NCBI GenBank assembly: GCA_024275095.1
Contig: JAJRZV010000123.1
Location: 1-53,510, forward strand
Length of the DNA: 53,510 bases
Direction: 5' to 3'
Source of the DNA: a bacterium
Lineage (GTDB): Bacteria; JAJRZV01
Made by a program: the position numbers and the translations under genes. Numbering within the stretch: position 1 is the first letter of the stretch; each line of letters opens with the position of its first letter. Positions 49,790 through 53,510 of the stretch are shown one piece after another. The notes under the pieces are model-generated. The model saw only the letters and a list, made by a program, of their open reading frames with translations. It was not told where the DNA came from and searched no databases.

Positions 49790-50553
49790 AAAAGGCGCAC
49801 GTAAAACTCATCCACTGTACGCTCCTGCTGATGCTTTACACTGGGTGTGGCTCAGAATTAAATACTTCATCTGATACCTCCGCATGCTTTTACTGCCACA
49901 GCTCAGCCGATTTGACAGAGACGTTTCCTACTGCTTCATCCTCTCCCCAGGAGCACATGTTGTTCTACGGCAGCGGAGTGGAATCAGGACCTTCCTACGA
50001 TCCCACCGCAACGGCATCGTTTACAATAGAGTGGATCAAACGCGGGTACCATGACGAAGAATCACTGAGGGACTGTTCTCCATGCCATAACACGCTCGAG
50101 GACAACGAGCACGGAGGTTTTTTCTATCCTGCGTATTCCAGGGAGCAATTCTACTCCCCCGCAGGTTGTGCAAACGCCTGCCATAAATGGCTTTACTGCA
50201 CCTCGTGGGACCCGGCAGTGCTTTTATCCGAATCCGGTAATCCTCATGGTGATCTCTTTCGTAGAGGATATGAAGGTAACACCCGAAGCATCATGCTGGC
50301 GGAAATAAAACCCGGTTGCGGGGGCTGTCATTCAGTTGCGGAGGTGCGCCACGGCGCAATTCCAGGCTGTCTTGACTGCCATGATTTTTATACGGGTTCA
50401 AATACCGACGAGCACTCCCTTCACCTCGAAAGGCTGGCGGACGATAATTCCCCGTGCACCTGGTGTCACGGTGGCTATGGAGGCACAAAATACAAAGCCG
50501 CCTGCTATAACTGCCACGAAAGCGGCCACAACCCGCGTGCCATTAATCATTGA
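49786..50553 (+). CDS. Multiheme c-type cytochrome lipoprotein (6 CxxCH plus 1 CxxxCH)
   Basis: YTGC lipobox; CFYCH, CSPCH, CANACH, CGGCH, CLDCH, CTWCH, CYNCH. Confidence 0.85.
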   Translation: MKKAHVKLIHCTLLLMLYTGCGSELNTSSDTSACFYCHSSADLTETFPTASSSPQEHMLFYGSGVESGPSYDPTATASFTIEWIKRGYHDEESLRDCSPCHNTLEDNEHGGFFYPAYSREQFYSPAGCANACHKWLYCTSWDPAVLLSESGNPHGDLFRRGYEGNTRSIMLAEIKPGCGGCHSVAEVRHGAIPGCLDCHDFYTGSNTDEHSLHLERLADDNSPCTWCHGGYGGTKYKAACYNCHESGHNPRAINH

Positions 50554-51220
50554 CCGGTTCCTGACGGCCTATAAAGTTGATCTGCCTGAACTCCGTTCGC
50601 CCCTCGCGACGATGGGAAGCGTACTCAGGGCATTCAAAAGTACATTTGTCTATAAATGTAATCGCATCTTCTCTTACACCACTCTCTACCAGGTCATAAT
50701 ATACACACCGGGAAAGGTTCAAGTAATCACCGTGAAGAACATCTTCGGGATAGATTTTTCTGAACCTCTTTTTTACTTCATCACCCACAGGATAATGACG
50801 CGGGCATATATGTGGTCCAACGGCAATAACAAGTGCATCGGGACTTATACCATGTTTTTTTAAAGTGTTTACGGTCGCTGGAATAATGCGTTTTATCAAA
50901 CCACGCCAGCCCGCATGAATGGCAAATACTGCTCTTGATACCACCGATGCTCCAAGCACCGGCACGCAGTCGGCAGTCTTAACACCTATCCACGAACCGG
51001 AAAGTGAAATAAGCGCATCCCCGTCGTAAACCCGTGTGTGCTCAATTATTCTGACCGTCGATGAATGTACCTGACGAAGCGTAACCACAGGGATGTCTCT
51101 GCCATTGAGACACAGCTTTACTGGTCCTCTCTCTGGAAGGGAAGATAACCGTTCGCTGAAGTGGGCTTCTGCACCTGCTTTTTTTATCAGATCAGGAGAT
51201 ATGGTTCTCTTCAATTCCAT
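50543..51220 (-). CDS. pgeF: YfiH/PgeF family purine nucleoside phosphorylase (polyphenol oxidase-like)
   Basis: QVHS, DGDALI, KTADCVPVL, IHAGWRG, GPHIC...Y.VG, CT...YASHRR; lies downstream of rluD as usual. Confidence 0.9.
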   Translation of the reverse strand: MELKRTISPDLIKKAGAEAHFSERLSSLPERGPVKLCLNGRDIPVVTLRQVHSSTVRIIEHTRVYDGDALISLSGSWIGVKTADCVPVLGASVVSRAVFAIHAGWRGLIKRIIPATVNTLKKHGISPDALVIAVGPHICPRHYPVGDEVKKRFRKIYPEDVLHGDYLNLSRCVYYDLVESGVREDAITFIDKCTFECPEYASHRREGRTEFRQINFIGRQEPVND

Positions 51221-52169
51221 AGAACTCCAGGATCCTTGCGAAGTGTCCACGAAATGGCGCTGAAACACAAATTTTTTTGTCGGTGACCGGATGTTTAAAG
51301 GATATTTGGCGTGCGTGCAGAAAAATACCCGGGTATTCTCCGGCGGCATTTCTGATCACGGCAGCACATTTGTCCAGCATGCTGGGTTTAAATCCATATT
51401 CTCTGTCGTTAACGATTGGATGACCGGCATATTCCAGATGGGCCCTTATCTGATGTTTGCGACCGGTGAGAATCTGTAATTTCAACAGCGAGACATGTTC
51501 ACGCTCTTTAATTACTTCGACCCGGGTCAATGCGACTCGACCCTTCTCTACAACTGTTATCTTGCGCCGCCTGTGTGGATGAGGCCCGAGCGGTGCACTG
51601 ATAAGAAATTCTTTCCTCTCCGGCACACCCCACACAAAAGCCCAGTAAATTTTTTCAACTTCCCTGGAGGCAAATAATTCTCTGAGAGCCACAGCTATTT
51701 CTGGCTTCTTCGCAAAAACAACCGCACCCGATACCGGGCGGTCGAGACGGTGAACAATTCCAGGGCGACGCGCCTCGTTTCCGCTGAAACCTCTTATTTT
51801 GTGAATCACCGCGTTAAGCAGCGTGGGCTCCCTGTTAACCCCGGGTACAGGGTGAACGAGAATTCCCGCCGGCTTGTTCACCACCAGGAGCCACCTGTCC
51901 TCGAAAAGCACCTGTACCGGAAGCGCCACGGCCGGCGGATATTCATTTCTGTTCTCATCCGGAACAACAACATCCACCACATCCCCTGCTTTCACCGGCG
52001 CTGCGGGTTTTTTTATCACCTGTCCATTAATACTCACATATCCCTGTTTGACAAAATAACTGACACGGGACCGCGAAACACCGGGAAGACGGGAAGACAC
52101 AAACCGGTCCAGACGAACGCCATTCTCATCTTTTTCAACACGATACCGTTGCGCACGCGAAACATTCAT
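51192..52169 (-). CDS. rluD: RluA/RluD-family 23S rRNA pseudouridine synthase with S4 domain
   Basis: RLDRF S4 domain, VNKPAG..VHP, PGIVHRLD..VSG, TGRKHQIRAH, LHA..I.F.HP. The ATG at 52169 overlaps the upstream TGA. Confidence 0.88.
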   Translation of the reverse strand: MNVSRAQRYRVEKDENGVRLDRFVSSRLPGVSRSRVSYFVKQGYVSINGQVIKKPAAPVKAGDVVDVVVPDENRNEYPPAVALPVQVLFEDRWLLVVNKPAGILVHPVPGVNREPTLLNAVIHKIRGFSGNEARRPGIVHRLDRPVSGAVVFAKKPEIAVALRELFASREVEKIYWAFVWGVPERKEFLISAPLGPHPHRRRKITVVEKGRVALTRVEVIKEREHVSLLKLQILTGRKHQIRAHLEYAGHPIVNDREYGFKPSMLDKCAAVIRNAAGEYPGIFLHARQISFKHPVTDKKICVSAPFRGHFARILEFYGIEENHIS

Positions 52170-53086
52170 GAACGGAAGAGCGAGAAAAACGTCCTGCGCC
52201 TTTTTTTCTGTTCCATGCACTTTCTTACTTCGTCCACCTTTTCCACGGCCGCCTCATATCCCCGACTGATACATTCCTTTGCCCGACCGTAGTCAGCCCA
52301 GTGTATATCTCCAACCCTGGGCCGCAATACAACATTCGCATCGCGCAAAAGAAGGTCTTTTACGTTCATTCTCACCATCTCGTATGATCTCAGAAGGATG
52401 TTAATACCTCTCATAAGCTCTTCCGGTTCCTCTGCTTCCTTTGATACATCCACCCCCACAACAATGTCCGGATGCGAGTTTAATAACGGTTTAATAGGCA
52501 CGAGGTGCAACCAGCCCCCATCCACCAAGAGTAACCCGTTCCATTTTACAGGAGGGAATATTCCGGGAATCGCGCTGCTGGCCTTAACCGCAAGCCTCAT
52601 GGAACCGGAGGTGAAAATGATTTCTTTGCCCTTCAAAATATCAAATGCCACAGCCATAAAAGGCAAACGTGTCTCTTCTATATTCACATTGGGTACCATG
52701 CCTGAAATCAGAAAATCAAAAATTTCTTCATCCACCATCGAAAGTTTTCTGACGGATGTAGTGTACACAATTCCCTTGCGGAGAGTTTGACGTACATTGT
52801 AAAAAAAACCATCCTTCTCTCCCTCGCGTGACTGCTGGATAAAACCAACTTTGATTTTTCTCATGGCCTCACTTGATATGAAGCTCATGAGCCTCTTCTC
52901 AACCACACGAGCATCGGTAAACACGCAATAATTGCCCCCTACAATGGCTCCTGCACTCGAGCCTGCGATCACATGTACAGGTATTCCTTCGTCCTCAAAA
53001 GCCTTCAAAACGCCTATGTGTGCAAAACCCCTTACCCCACCCCCACCAAGCGCCAGACCAATTTTCGGGCTGGAAGTTTGAGGCAT
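52166..53086 (-). CDS. Patatin-like phospholipase (RssA-like)
   Basis: LGGGGVRGFAHIG, GSSAG nucleophile, ASSAIPG.FPP, DGG. Confidence 0.92.
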   Translation of the reverse strand: MPQTSSPKIGLALGGGGVRGFAHIGVLKAFEDEGIPVHVIAGSSAGAIVGGNYCVFTDARVVEKRLMSFISSEAMRKIKVGFIQQSREGEKDGFFYNVRQTLRKGIVYTTSVRKLSMVDEEIFDFLISGMVPNVNIEETRLPFMAVAFDILKGKEIIFTSGSMRLAVKASSAIPGIFPPVKWNGLLLVDGGWLHLVPIKPLLNSHPDIVVGVDVSKEAEEPEELMRGINILLRSYEMVRMNVKDLLLRDANVVLRPRVGDIHWADYGRAKECISRGYEAAVEKVDEVRKCMEQKKRRRTFFSLFRS

Positions 53087-53510
53087 TAAACTTCTCTCTC
53101 TCTTACCAGTGTTTCAAATCCCTTAACAATTTCATTGTCAGGGATTTGCAAAAAACGGCAATATTGCTTGATTAATCCCTTCAGGTAAACCCATTCGGGT
53201 AATCTTTCTATCTCTTCCTGTTCCAGTGCCTCGATAACCCCCACGGAGATCCGGGTCTGCATGTGCACATCCTTTACAGCAAGTCCTTTTTCTTCCCTGG
53301 CTCGCCTCAGCGTTACCCCAGGCCCCTCGGATGCTCCAACAGACACCTCCCTTCTTTCCCCAGGAACAGCATCCAGGAATCCCCTGCGGGACTTTACCAG
53401 ATACTGATCGTAAAAATATTTGCAGCGTTCATCACTGAGTATCTCATAAGCCATTGTTGCCCGGGCGTTGAATTCTTCTCTTTCTCTCTCTGTCATTAAA
53501 AAATACGTAA
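53086..53510 (-). CDS. J-domain-like plus RodZ-type helix-turn-helix protein, 5'-truncated by the window edge
   Basis: AYEILSD...YDQYL (end of a J-domain), then LRRAREEKGL....TRI....IEALE......LP..VYLKG.IKQYC. The frame stays open to the window end. Confidence 0.75.
   Translation of the reverse strand, partial: TYFLMTEREREEFNARATMAYEILSDERCKYFYDQYLVKSRRGFLDAVPGERREVSVGASEGPGVTLRRAREEKGLAVKDVHMQTRISVGVIEALEQEEIERLPEWVYLKGLIKQYCRFLQIPDNEIVKGFETLVREREV

Overview
This is a gene-dense window of roughly 45% GC from a diderm bacterium. Gene content (DUF4388 and J-domain/HTH proteins, multiheme lipoprotein, DUF4445/RACo) suggests a deltaproteobacteria-like lineage, which is an inference. Contents in order: (1) a Nit1C/MSMEG_0568-like cluster with a radical SAM-GNAT fusion, an AIR-synthase-like protein and a second paralogous radical SAM gene split by one in-frame TAA; (2) a 3005-aa beta-helix/OmpA/beta-barrel surface protein followed by rlmE and a secreted TPR protein; (3) fabI-cobB-apbE-RACo; (4) a decayed nucleotidyltransferase pair; (5) a TetR-TolC-MFP-RND efflux operon with a frameshifted RND gene; (6) a DUF4388-TPR gene; (7) a tightly coupled operon of nucleosidase, GT2, ParB-like protein, SPL-like radical SAM and priA; (8) phoBR-pstSCAB-phoU with Pho-box-like repeats; (9) an accessory region with a GH5 lipoprotein, two truncated genes, an FG-GAP lipoprotein, a candidate structured RNA, a C16orf89-like protein and a GMC/TAT/multiheme cytochrome module; (10) pgeF, rluD, a patatin and a partial J-domain/HTH gene. 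No rRNA, tRNA, CRISPR array or transposase was seen. The best candidates for undescribed systems are the SPL-like/ParB/GT2/nucleosidase operon, the twin radical SAM cluster, the giant adhesin-porin fusion and the GMC-multiheme module. All family assignments come from motif recognition by eye; no database searches were run.
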